Of a stretch of 64,000 nt of DNA, positions 29,799-38,665 are shown one piece after another. Made by a program: the position numbers and the translations under genes. Within the stretch, counting starts at the first letter, position 1; each line of letters starts with the position of its first letter. This stretch comes from a candidate division TM6 bacterium GW2011_GWF2_28_16 (GTDB lineage: Bacteria > Patescibacteriota > Microgenomatia > UBA1400 > PJMF01), in NCBI GenBank assembly GCA_001029715.1, contig CP011212.1, forward strand, positions 131,407 to 195,406. The letters are read 5' to 3'. The notes beneath the pieces are model-generated. The model did not search any database. It worked only from the letters and a program-made list of their open reading frames with translations, and had not been told where the DNA came from.

Positions 29799-30816
29799 TA
29801 AAATCTAAAGTTACAAGCTTCTTTTTATCTAAGTCGAGCCATTTTTCGATTTGCTCAAACCATTCAATGACTATGACGTTATTTTCTTTGACCAGTTTTT
29901 CAATTTCTAAGAGCGCGACTTCTTCCTTCGAATCTATTTTCCAGGCATCAACGTGATAAAAAACACCTTTACTTTGCAATCTTTGATAATCGTATTCATT
30001 AATATAAGAGTAAGTTGGTGAATTGATGACTTCCTTAATACCAAGGAATTTCCCGACTCCTTTGGCAAAAATAGTTTTACCCATGCCCAGTGGACCATTA
30101 AGCGCAAAAACCAAGCCATTTTTTTCTAATTGGTTAAGATGATTGAGCATTAGGCGACCAGCCAACTCAATAGTTTCTTGTTCAGAATCGCTGTACAAAA
30201 TTTCGCCATTTTTTTGATGCAAAGAACCGCGCAAAGCAATTGGAGTAGAAAGAGTGGTGTCGATGACGATCGAAGGTTCATTTCTTGGCAATTCGCCGGC
30301 ATCAATCACCAGATCAATGAGGCTTTTTTGTTGCTTTGATAAATTGTCCAGAATGTCAGCAATTTTGTATGGTCTCTTTTTACCAGAAGCATTGGCGGAG
30401 GTACTGGTAATGGCTTGACCAAAATTTTTGATAATGTCAATAATCATGGGGTAATCAGGAATGCGAATCCCTAAGGTGCCGAATTCAGAATTAACTCGAG
30501 AGTCAACGATATTTTTGCTTTTGGAAATGACGGTAAAAGGTCCAGGTAAAAAGTTTTTATAGAATTTCAAAGCTTGTTCATTGATTTTAACGTATTTTTC
30601 AGCCATTTCTTGATCAGCAACAGCAATGGAGAGCGGTTTTCCTTGGCGGCGGCCTTTATATTTAAGCAATTTATCAATAGCTTTGGTACTAGAAGCACTA
30701 GCCCCAATTCCATAAACGGTTTCAGTTGGATAAATTAGCAAACCATCATTTTTGAGACATTTTTTTGCCTCGTCAACGACTGCTGCTCGATTAGAATTGA
30801 GCTTTAATATTTTCAT
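29752..30816 (-). CDS. Fusion protein: L-threonylcarbamoyladenylate synthase TsaC (YrdC/Sua5 domain) followed by the TsaE (YjeE) P-loop ATPase
   Basis: The N-terminal 190 aa read IYPTETVYGIGASASSTKAIDKLLKYKGRRQGKPLSIAV, the YrdC fold signature. The C-terminal 150 aa read ALNGPLGMGKTIFAKGVGKFLGIKEVINSPTYSYINEY...VFYHVDAWKID, which matches the TsaE motifs GDLGAGKTT...V.SPTF......Y....HFD.YR. Confidence 0.8.
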   Translation of the reverse strand: MKILKLNSNRAAVVDEAKKCLKNDGLLIYPTETVYGIGASASSTKAIDKLLKYKGRRQGKPLSIAVADQEMAEKYVKINEQALKFYKNFLPGPFTVISKSKNIVDSRVNSEFGTLGIRIPDYPMIIDIIKNFGQAITSTSANASGKKRPYKIADILDNLSKQQKSLIDLVIDAGELPRNEPSIVIDTTLSTPIALRGSLHQKNGEILYSDSEQETIELAGRLMLNHLNQLEKNGLVFALNGPLGMGKTIFAKGVGKFLGIKEVINSPTYSYINEYDYQRLQSKGVFYHVDAWKIDSKEEVALLEIEKLVKENNVIVIEWFEQIEKWLDLDKKKLVTLDFSEENGQRKIQIGNNA

Positions 30817-30848
30817 GTTATTCTGTAAGATAGTAGCCCAATATTATA

Positions 30849-31217
30849 ATGCCAAAAAACAATAATCGTCAGCATATTTTTGATGTACTCGATTCACCAA
30901 GTCCAGTTTTAGTTGAGGATCAAAATGACCTCAAGTTCAGTCTTTACTTACGTTCAAGAGAAGTTAGCCAAATTGTGCTTTATTTGGAAAAAATCATGCT
31001 CAAGAAAAAAAGTGAACGTGAGCTTTTTGCTAGCGAGAACAAAGCATTTATTGATTCTTTAATGAAGGCTTTCGTTGAAGATTCTAACCTTACTTTAGAA
31101 GGCATGCAAATGGATCAAGAATCAGCTCAGCTTTCAATGCAATTGGCGACCGATCTACGCAAGTCTGTTTCTTTAATTAACGCTTTATTTCATGGAGTTG
31201 AAGGTTTGATAAGTTGA
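30849..31217 (+). CDS. Hypothetical protein (122 aa)
   Basis: An ORF divergent from tsaCE and upstream of groES, predicted helical. No motif was recognised. Confidence 0.4.
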   Translation: MPKNNNRQHIFDVLDSPSPVLVEDQNDLKFSLYLRSREVSQIVLYLEKIMLKKKSERELFASENKAFIDSLMKAFVEDSNLTLEGMQMDQESAQLSMQLATDLRKSVSLINALFHGVEGLIS

Positions 31218-31220
31218 TAA

Positions 31221-31270
31221 TTAGCAGTTCAATAACAGTATTGCTAAAAAAATATTTTTGTGTTAAATTT
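31221..31270 (+). promoter_or_regulatory. CIRCE-like inverted repeat (HrcA operator variant) overlapping a putative sigma70-type promoter of groES-groEL
   Basis: The element is ttagcagtt-caataacag-tattgctaa. Canonical CIRCE is TTAGCACTC-N9-GAGTGCTAA, so the outer TTAGCA/TGCTAA halves are conserved. A -35 TTGCTA lies at 31241-31246. An extended -10, TGtTAAATT, lies at 31261-31269, a 17-bp spacing. Confidence 0.45.
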
Positions 31271-31319
31271 TCGCTTAAAGACTTATTACTAAATTATTTT
31301 CAAAAGAAGGGTTTTTGTC

Positions 31320-33355
<2,036 letters not shown>

Positions 33356-33364
33356 TTCAAAAGC

Positions 33365-33506
33365 AATTCTTGATTCAAGACACGTTTACTAAAAGTCTTG
33401 CTACATTGAAGTTACAATCTTTTTAAACTCAGAGAAGTCGCTGTATTTACTTTGTTCTTAGAACAAAAAACAATCAGCGACTTCTAATGGTCTTTCATCA
33501 AGAATT
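33365..33506. mobile_element. MITE-like IR-bounded element, copy A (142 bp), immediately 3' of groEL
   Basis: Terminal inverted repeats are aattcttgattcaagac (33365-33381) and gtctttcatcaagaatt (33490-33506), matching at 15 of 17. An internal 11-bp IR, agaagtcgctg/cagcgacttct, encloses the palindrome ttgttcttagaacaa. The core block acaatcttt...ctcagagaagtcgctgt is shared with copy B at 36703-36868. Confidence 0.5.
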
Positions 33507-33529
33507 ATCTTTTTCACTTGGAAAAAAAG

Positions 33530-33603
33530 TAGCGGGACTGAGATTCGGACTCAGGACCTTGGGTTTATGAATCCCACGCTCTAACCAGCTGAGCTATCCC
33601 GCC
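33530..33603 (-). tRNA. tRNA with anticodon CAU (elongator Met or lysidine-modified Ile2)
   Basis: The reverse complement reads GGCGGGA-TA-GCTC-AGCTGGTTA-GAGC-G-TGGGA-TTCATAA-ACCCA-AGGTC-CTGAG-TCCGAAT-CTCAG-TCCCGCT-A. This is a full cloverleaf with anticodon CAT. There is no C1:A72 mismatch, so it is not the initiator. Confidence 0.8.
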
Positions 33604-33640
33604 ATTTTATTTGAGACTGGTGTATTTTAGCGCAGCTTGC

Positions 33641-33669
33641 TTGATAATACCAGATTCTTTTGTTACAAT
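33641..33669 (+). promoter_or_regulatory. Putative sigma70-type promoter for the initiator tRNA
   Basis: A -35 TTGATA lies at 33641-33646. After a 17-bp spacer, an extended -10, TGtTACAAT, lies at 33661-33669. The tRNA 5' end is about 15 nt downstream. Confidence 0.45.
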
Positions 33670-33683
33670 AACTGCCTAACATA

Positions 33684-33752
33684 CGCGGGATAGTGTACGG
33701 TGCACGTGGGGCTCATAATCCCACAGGCTAGGTTCGACTCCTAGTTCCGCAA
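33684..33752 (+). tRNA. Initiator tRNA-fMet (anticodon CAU). It is compact, with a short D-arm and a 4-nt variable loop.
   Basis: The 5' end is CGCGGGA and the 3' end is TTCCGCA-A, giving the C1:A72 mismatch and A73 typical of bacterial initiator tRNA. The anticodon arm TGGGG-CTCATAA-TCCCA has a loop identical to E. coli tRNAfMet (CUCAUAA) and G:C pairs in the stem. The T-arm is ctagg-ttcgact-cctag. It is 69 nt because of the reduced D-loop. Confidence 0.7.
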
Positions 33753-33766
33753 ATTAAATAAAGAAA

Positions 33767-33789
33767 ACGACCTTGAGTCGTTTTTTTTA
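33767..33789 (+). terminator. Intrinsic terminator after tRNA-fMet
   Basis: The hairpin acgac-cttga-gtcgt is followed by a T run of eight. Confidence 0.5.
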
Positions 33790-33867
33790 TTTAATTTTGC
33801 ATCAACTATGAATTGTTGACTCTGACCGAGTTTATAACGAGGGAATGTCCGGAGTGGAGACGGAGGA

Positions 33868-33884
33868 CCTAGTTCCGCAAATTA
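33868..33884 (+). repeat. 17-bp direct repeat duplicating the 3' end of tRNA-fMet (att-like). The first copy is at 33740-33756, inside the tRNA.
   Basis: cctagttccgcaaatta occurs at 33740-33756 (T-stem 3' strand, acceptor 3' strand and discriminator, plus 4 nt) and again at 33868-33884, 128 bp downstream. This is the pattern left by tRNA-targeting integrases (attL/attR). Confidence 0.5.
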
Positions 33885-33894
33885 CAAAAATAAG

Positions 33895-33917
33895 TCTGGC
33901 ATTTGCCAGATTTTTTG
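33895..33917 (+). terminator. Hairpin plus T-run immediately after the second att-like repeat
   Basis: tctggca-tt-tgccaga is followed by tttttt. Confidence 0.45.
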
Positions 33918-33957
33918 TTTATGTTTACAATGATAACTAAATTAACAAAAAGGAAAA

Positions 33958-34164
33958 ATGAGTGAACAACCTAAATCAGCAGAACAAGAGAGTCAAGAAA
34001 AAAAAGATGAGGCTTTAAGTGATGTTCCCGATTACGTTCCTGCTGAGCGAGGGACACTTAGTTTAGGATCTTTTACTGAGTCTTTGAGAAAAGCATTAAT
34101 TAGTAGTGCGAGTTCAGAAAGTTCTGAATCTCCCTCAAAAACAGATTTGCCTGATTCCAAATAA
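33958..34164 (+). CDS. Hypothetical small acidic Ser/Glu-rich protein (68 aa). Doubtful.
   Basis: The ORF is MSEQPKSAEQESQEKKDE...SSASSESSESPSK. It is low complexity. A reasonable RBS (aaaaggaaaaATG) supports expression. Confidence 0.3.
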   Translation: MSEQPKSAEQESQEKKDEALSDVPDYVPAERGTLSLGSFTESLRKALISSASSESSESPSKTDLPDSK

Positions 34165-34182
34165 TGTTTATATAATGGACTA

Positions 34183-35364
34183 ATGGAAGATAATAAAGAC
34201 CAGGTTAAATACGCTAACTTCAAATACGAAGGTGACAAGCCAATTCTTCCCCTAGAGAATCATTCTCTAAAAAAAGAGCAACAATTAGGTTACGGAGCTG
34301 TTTCTTCTGTTTATGAATTAAATAATGATAAAGTTTTAAAATTAACTAGCAGCGTGGTCGACATATCTTCTGGAAAAGTAATAGCTTCAGGTATGACTCC
34401 GCCTTTAGTTGAAAATAATCTTCACGAAGACGCGAATACTTCTAGAGAAAAAGCAATTGCTAAATTGATGGATTATGCCAAAGAAAAAAAGCAAACTTAC
34501 GATTTATTAAAAAAATATTTAGGGGCTCATGTTACTAATGTTGATGTTTTCGCGATAGTTGATGCTCCACTTAGAGAAATATATAAATTACGCTACTCGT
34601 TTAAAAATGACATCGATGTATTGAACATTCCGGTTTCCGAATTATCAGTCATGGAAGTAGGAGATAAAATTGATAAACAAAACGAATTGTTTAATACGGA
34701 TTTTGATTTTCTAAAAGAGTTGTATAGCAATTCTTCTTTTCAAGAAAGAGCGACTGATTTTTCCAAAAAAGCCTTAGAACTTTTTCAAAAAGAACGAGTA
34801 ATGTTGGACATTTCTGGCCAGGATCGTATTTTTGTTGTTGATAAAAATAATTCAGGTAGATACGACTACGCTGCTAATGTAGATGAACTTTTATCATTAA
34901 TGAATAGTGATGATAAATTACCTCTTTTCAATAATTTAGCTTTTCACAATCAAGAATTACAAATTTTTGACTCTTTTCCTATATATGAAGTTCCCCTAGA
35001 AATTTCTGATGCAGATGTCGCTGAGGCTATAGAAGTTGTTGAGTCGAAAGATCCAGAAAAAATTAAAGAATTTTTTAATAAACCTCTAGAAAAATTTAAA
35101 ATGATTAGCGATGAATTTATTGACGATTTTATTAAAATGGTAAGGAGTAATGACAAAGCTGAGGCTTCTAAGCTATTTAAATATATTTATCCAGACAAAA
35201 ATGAATCAGAAATACAAATTTTGATAGAGTCTGGCATAGAAGAATGCGACCAAAATTATACAGATGATGAGATGAGATCTAATTTTGTTCAGATGAGGGC
35301 AGGTCAAAAATTTGAAGTATTGAAATACGCTTATCAGCTAAATTTTCTTTCAGAGAAACATTAA
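34183..35364 (+). CDS. Hypothetical protein with a protein-kinase-like N-terminal ATP-binding motif (possible atypical kinase or pseudokinase)
   Basis: 393 aa, with no signal peptide. LGYGAVSSVYELNNDKVLKL resembles the kinase Gly-rich loop (GxGxxSxV) followed by a VAIK-like Lys. A possible degenerate catalytic region is MLDISGQDRIFVVDKNNSG. The C-terminal half is acidic and helical. Confidence 0.4.
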   Translation: MEDNKDQVKYANFKYEGDKPILPLENHSLKKEQQLGYGAVSSVYELNNDKVLKLTSSVVDISSGKVIASGMTPPLVENNLHEDANTSREKAIAKLMDYAKEKKQTYDLLKKYLGAHVTNVDVFAIVDAPLREIYKLRYSFKNDIDVLNIPVSELSVMEVGDKIDKQNELFNTDFDFLKELYSNSSFQERATDFSKKALELFQKERVMLDISGQDRIFVVDKNNSGRYDYAANVDELLSLMNSDDKLPLFNNLAFHNQELQIFDSFPIYEVPLEISDADVAEAIEVVESKDPEKIKEFFNKPLEKFKMISDEFIDDFIKMVRSNDKAEASKLFKYIYPDKNESEIQILIESGIEECDQNYTDDEMRSNFVQMRAGQKFEVLKYAYQLNFLSEKH

Positions 35365-35727
35365 CTTTTTCCATTCTTCTAGAGGTCCATTTTTCTCAAG
35401 TGTCATCTCGTTATTAATTTCCTCATTAAGCTCTTCTTTTTCAGGAATCTGTAAAATAATTTCACCTTCTTTTTTTTGCAAAAGTTCATTGCGCATAATT
35501 TTTTCTGTAGCTAATTCGTCCTGACTATCAGCAAACTTTTTTTCTTCCTCTTTGAATTCGTTTTCCATTATTTCAATATTTTTTTCCAATTTTTGAATAC
35601 TTTCTTTGGAGACCAAGGCTTTGCGACTACTCTCGCGCAAAGAAAAGATGCCTAATAAGCAAAGACAGGTAAAAATGAAGATTAGCAGGGGGTGACCGAA
35701 GAGATTTTGGATTTTTTCTTTATTCAT
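35350..35727 (-). CDS. FtsB/DivIC-like septum formation protein (TM plus coiled coil)
   Basis: 125 aa. It has an N-terminal TM (LLIFIFTCLCLLGIFSL), a coiled coil, and a C-terminal ...EKIMRNELLQKKEGEIILQIP that resembles the FtsB end motif (AR.eLg..kpgE.v..i). Confidence 0.5.
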   Translation of the reverse strand: MNKEKIQNLFGHPLLIFIFTCLCLLGIFSLRESSRKALVSKESIQKLEKNIEIMENEFKEEEKKFADSQDELATEKIMRNELLQKKEGEIILQIPEKEELNEEINNEMTLEKNGPLEEWKKLMFL

Positions 35728-35839
35728 TTTGATGTCTTTATATGTTCTCAGGACTTGTTTATAAACCGAGTTTATGATATTATAAGACCCTATTATTCGA
35801 TAAATAAAAACTTATCTGTCCAAATAGGTTTAAATAATT

Positions 35840-36706
35840 ATGCACACAAACTTACTTGACGCGCAAGCAAAGTTTACAGAGAGCTTAAAAGCCGCAGGCA
35901 AAGCTCATGCTACTGTAATTGCTTACAGCAAGGACATCGAACAACTAGCTGATTTTCTTAGTAAGAGATCTAAAAATCTCCTTGCTGAGGTAGTGGCAGA
36001 AGACCTAGAGTCTTTCAAAGAGTTGCTTAGAAAACAACGTTACACCAGTAAATCTATCTCCAGAAAAATTAATTCTATTAAATCTTTCTTTCGTTTTTGC
36101 GTGAGTGAAGGTTTACTAGAGGGCAATCCAACTGAAGACATTACTCAGCCAAAATTTGATCAAACTCCTCCACGTATTCTATCCCGTTTAGAGTATCGCG
36201 CTTTGCGTGATTCTTGTCGCGCTGACATCAGAATGCACGCTATTGTCGAAATTTTACTTCAAACTGGTATGAGAATTAGTGAGCTAGCTGCTTTGCAACA
36301 AAGCGATATTGATCTTGAGAGAGAATTGATTTATATTCAAGCTCAAAATTCTCGTGAAGCTCGCCGTATTCCTTTGAATGCTGCCGCTAAAAAAGCAGTT
36401 TTGGATTATTTCAAAATGCGTCCTCGTGCCAAAGAAAAGACTTTGTTTTTGACTAAAACCTGTCGTCCTTTTTTGGTCAGAAATATTCGCACTGCTATTG
36501 ATCGTTATTTCCGTTTAGCTGGTATTAAAGATGCCAAAGTTAATGATCTTCGTCATACCTTTGTAGTTGAACAGCTTAAGGCTGGCACTCCTTTGGTTTA
36601 TGTTTCTCAATTGGTTGGTCACAAACGCATTACCACCACTGAAAAATATTTACATTTAATTGAAGCTCCAGAAATGCAGCCAAATATTAAAATCGAAGAA
36701 TTGTAA
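35840..36706 (+). CDS. Tyrosine site-specific recombinase, XerC/XerD-like (phage-integrase family)
   Basis: 288 aa. The N-terminal core-binding domain reads AYSKDIEQLADFL...SISRKINSIKSFFRF. The catalytic motifs are MRISELAAL (R), DLRHTFVVEQL (HxxR) and LVGHKRITTTEKYLHL (H...Y). Confidence 0.85.
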   Translation: MHTNLLDAQAKFTESLKAAGKAHATVIAYSKDIEQLADFLSKRSKNLLAEVVAEDLESFKELLRKQRYTSKSISRKINSIKSFFRFCVSEGLLEGNPTEDITQPKFDQTPPRILSRLEYRALRDSCRADIRMHAIVEILLQTGMRISELAALQQSDIDLERELIYIQAQNSREARRIPLNAAAKKAVLDYFKMRPRAKEKTLFLTKTCRPFLVRNIRTAIDRYFRLAGIKDAKVNDLRHTFVVEQLKAGTPLVYVSQLVGHKRITTTEKYLHLIEAPEMQPNIKIEEL

Positions 36707-36868
36707 TTCTAGATTATCTTATTTAGCCAAGCTCCACTAAAATTGTTTATTTTTTAATATAGACAATCTTTGTTTCGCTCAGAGAAGTCGCTGTTTATTA
36801 GCAGTTAGCTAATTTGTGCATGTTGATCAGCTCCTTCTATGGGCTAAAGTAAGATAATCTAGAATTAC
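36703..36868. mobile_element. MITE-like IR-bounded element, copy B (166 bp), overlapping the xer stop codon. It is homologous to copy A.
   Basis: The terminal IRs are gtaattctagattatcttat (36703-36722) and ataagataatctagaattac (36849-36868), matching at 19 of 20. The first 11 nt, aattctagatt, match copy A's aattcttgatt. The internal block acaatcttt...ctcagagaagtcgctgt at 36764-36794 matches copy A. A degenerate partner, cagctccttct, lies at 36829-36839. Confidence 0.5.
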
Positions 36869-36946
36869 TTTTTAAAGAATGGTTTTTCATTTCTTCTTGA
36901 GCCATTCTCGTGCTAAGATATTTTCTATAAGAAGTAGAGGAAATAT

Positions 36947-38071
36947 ATGGCAAAAATTAATCTAGCTCTAATTTGTGGTGGTAAATCTGCAGAACACGAA
37001 GTGTCTCTGATTTCGGCTAAAAACGTGATCGTTGCTCTAGATTTTAATAAATATAATCTTTTTCTTTTTGCGGTGACTAAAGACGGAGCTTTTCGTTTTT
37101 ATGCTGATAAGCAGAATTTTTTAGACAATCAAGATAATCCAGACATAGTTTCCCTCAAGGAAAGTGGTTTTTCTGAAGTTGCTTGGCTTAGTGCTGATCA
37201 GCGTGGGCAAGCGATGTTGCTTGGCGATAAAGAGCAATTTTTACAATTAGATGTGGTTTTTCCAATTATGCACGGTTCCTTTGCTGAAGATGGCAAAATG
37301 CAGGGCTTTTTGGAAATGTTGGATTTGCCTTATGTTGGCCCAGATGTTTTAGCTTCGGCAATTTCTATGGACAAGGAAATTACTAAAAAATTATCTGTAG
37401 CAGCAGGTGTCAAAATTTCTAGATATTTATCTTTTGATACTAACACTAAAGAAAAAATCAATTTTCAAGAAATCAAATCAGCTCTATCTATGCCTGTTTT
37501 TATCAAGCCAGCTAATGCCGGCTCTTCTGTGGGAATTAGTAAAGCTGATGATGAAAAATCTTTTATGGTTGCTATCGATCAGGCTTTCCATTTTGATCAT
37601 AAAATTTTAATTGAAGAAGCAATTGTTGGCAGAGAGTTGGAGTGCTCCGTTTTAGGAAACAGAGAAAAATTAATTGCTGGTGAAGTGGGTGAAATTATTC
37701 CAAGCGCTAAGCATGGCTTTTATTCTTATGAGGCAAAATATCTTGATGAATCAGGCGCAGCTCTACTTATTCCAGCTCCGCTCGCACCAGCCAAGAAAAA
37801 AGAAATCCAAGAATTATCTAAGAAAATTTTTGCAGCTTGCCAATGTGAAGGCATGGCGAGAGTAGATTTTTTCATGACAAAAAATGGTGAAGTTGTTTTT
37901 AATGAAATCAACACCATTCCTGGATTTACCAAGATTAGTATGTATCCTAAATTAATGATGAGTGAAACAGGTATGACTTATGGAGAATTAATTGATGAGT
38001 TGATTAATTTAGCTATAAAGCGCTACTCAAGAAATTCTAAGATTTTGTTTGTGAAAAAAATGGTAAAGTGA
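36947..38071 (+). CDS. ddl: D-alanine--D-alanine ligase
   Basis: It has INLALICGGKSAEHEVSLISAKNV, an ATP-grasp fold, and the terminal motif FNEINTIPGFT. It is 374 aa. Confidence 0.9.
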   Translation: MAKINLALICGGKSAEHEVSLISAKNVIVALDFNKYNLFLFAVTKDGAFRFYADKQNFLDNQDNPDIVSLKESGFSEVAWLSADQRGQAMLLGDKEQFLQLDVVFPIMHGSFAEDGKMQGFLEMLDLPYVGPDVLASAISMDKEITKKLSVAAGVKISRYLSFDTNTKEKINFQEIKSALSMPVFIKPANAGSSVGISKADDEKSFMVAIDQAFHFDHKILIEEAIVGRELECSVLGNREKLIAGEVGEIIPSAKHGFYSYEAKYLDESGAALLIPAPLAPAKKKEIQELSKKIFAACQCEGMARVDFFMTKNGEVVFNEINTIPGFTKISMYPKLMMSETGMTYGELIDELINLAIKRYSRNSKILFVKKMVK

Positions 38072-38072
38072 G

Positions 38073-38295
38073 CTTTTTCTGATATAAAATAAAGCTTCCT
38101 TAAGCTATGCACAGCATCTTTTGCACCAGCTACTTTTTGTGTTGCAAAAAGGCAGGGTTCAAAATATCTTTTAAACATTTTAGTCTTTTTCTTTTTCCTC
38201 AAGTAGATTAAACTACTATCGTCATCAGAAAAGACCAAAATGTGTTAAAATCTATACTTAATTAATCAATTATTTTATATCAGAAAAAGCTCGAA
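38073..38295. repeat. 20-bp perfect inverted repeat pair bounding a 185-bp intergenic segment
   Basis: gagctttttctgatataaaa at 38073-38092 and its reverse complement ttttatatcagaaaaagctc at 38276-38295. The sequence is unrelated to the copy A/B family. Confidence 0.35.
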
Positions 38296-38303
38296 GACCT
38301 CCT

Positions 38304-38639
38304 ATGGCAGAAACTATTCAATTCAATGATTTCCTCAAGGTAGAAATGCGCGTCGGTCGCGTTATTGAAGTTATAGTCCCAGAGTGGAGCGAAAAACTTC
38401 TGCAATTCAAAGTTGATCTTGGCTCGGAAGTAGGTGAAAAGATAATTTTATCTGGAGTCAAGAAATGGTACAGCGAAGCTGACTTTTTGAATAAGAAATT
38501 TCCATTTGTCGTTAATTTAGCTGAGCGCAAAATGGGTCCAGCTGTTAGTCAAGGAATGATGATGATGGTCGATAATCAAGAAAAACCGATACTAATTGTT
38601 TTAGATGATCAGGCAGAGCTCGGCGCAGTCTTGTGCTAA
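38304..38639 (+). CDS. tRNA-binding protein (CsaA/Trbp111-like, EMAP-fold OB domain)
   Basis: 111 aa. FNDFLKVEMRVGRVIEV...KLLQFKVDLGSE...ILSGVKKWY matches the tRNA-binding domain pattern (F...d.RVG.I......pdadkLy...vD.G......ivsG). Confidence 0.7.
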   Translation: MAETIQFNDFLKVEMRVGRVIEVIVPEWSEKLLQFKVDLGSEVGEKIILSGVKKWYSEADFLNKKFPFVVNLAERKMGPAVSQGMMMMVDNQEKPILIVLDDQAELGAVLC

Positions 38640-38665
38640 ACTAGCCACAAATAGAAAGTAAACAT

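Noticed and set aside
33530-33603. Whether the minus-strand CAU tRNA is a second initiator.
   Set aside because: It has a paired 1:72 position (G:U/C) and lacks the C1:A72 mismatch. It is therefore an elongator Met or Ile2 (lysidine) tRNA. Only the plus-strand gene has initiator hallmarks.
34032-34238. A 68-aa minus-strand ORF antisense to the small acidic ORF.
   Set aside because: It overlaps two plus-strand ORFs that form a plausible operon with the 393-aa gene. No RBS was found.
33826-35779. The shared 11-mer accgagtttat at 33826 and 35767, considered as a possible island boundary or dif arm.
   Set aside because: An 11-mer match is expected many times by chance in 64 kb of AT-rich DNA. 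It is not significant on its own.
38023-38238. A 71-aa minus-strand ORF between ddl and the tRNA-binding protein.
   Set aside because: It overlaps the ddl 3' end and the IR-bounded intergenic segment. No motifs are present, so it is more likely non-coding.
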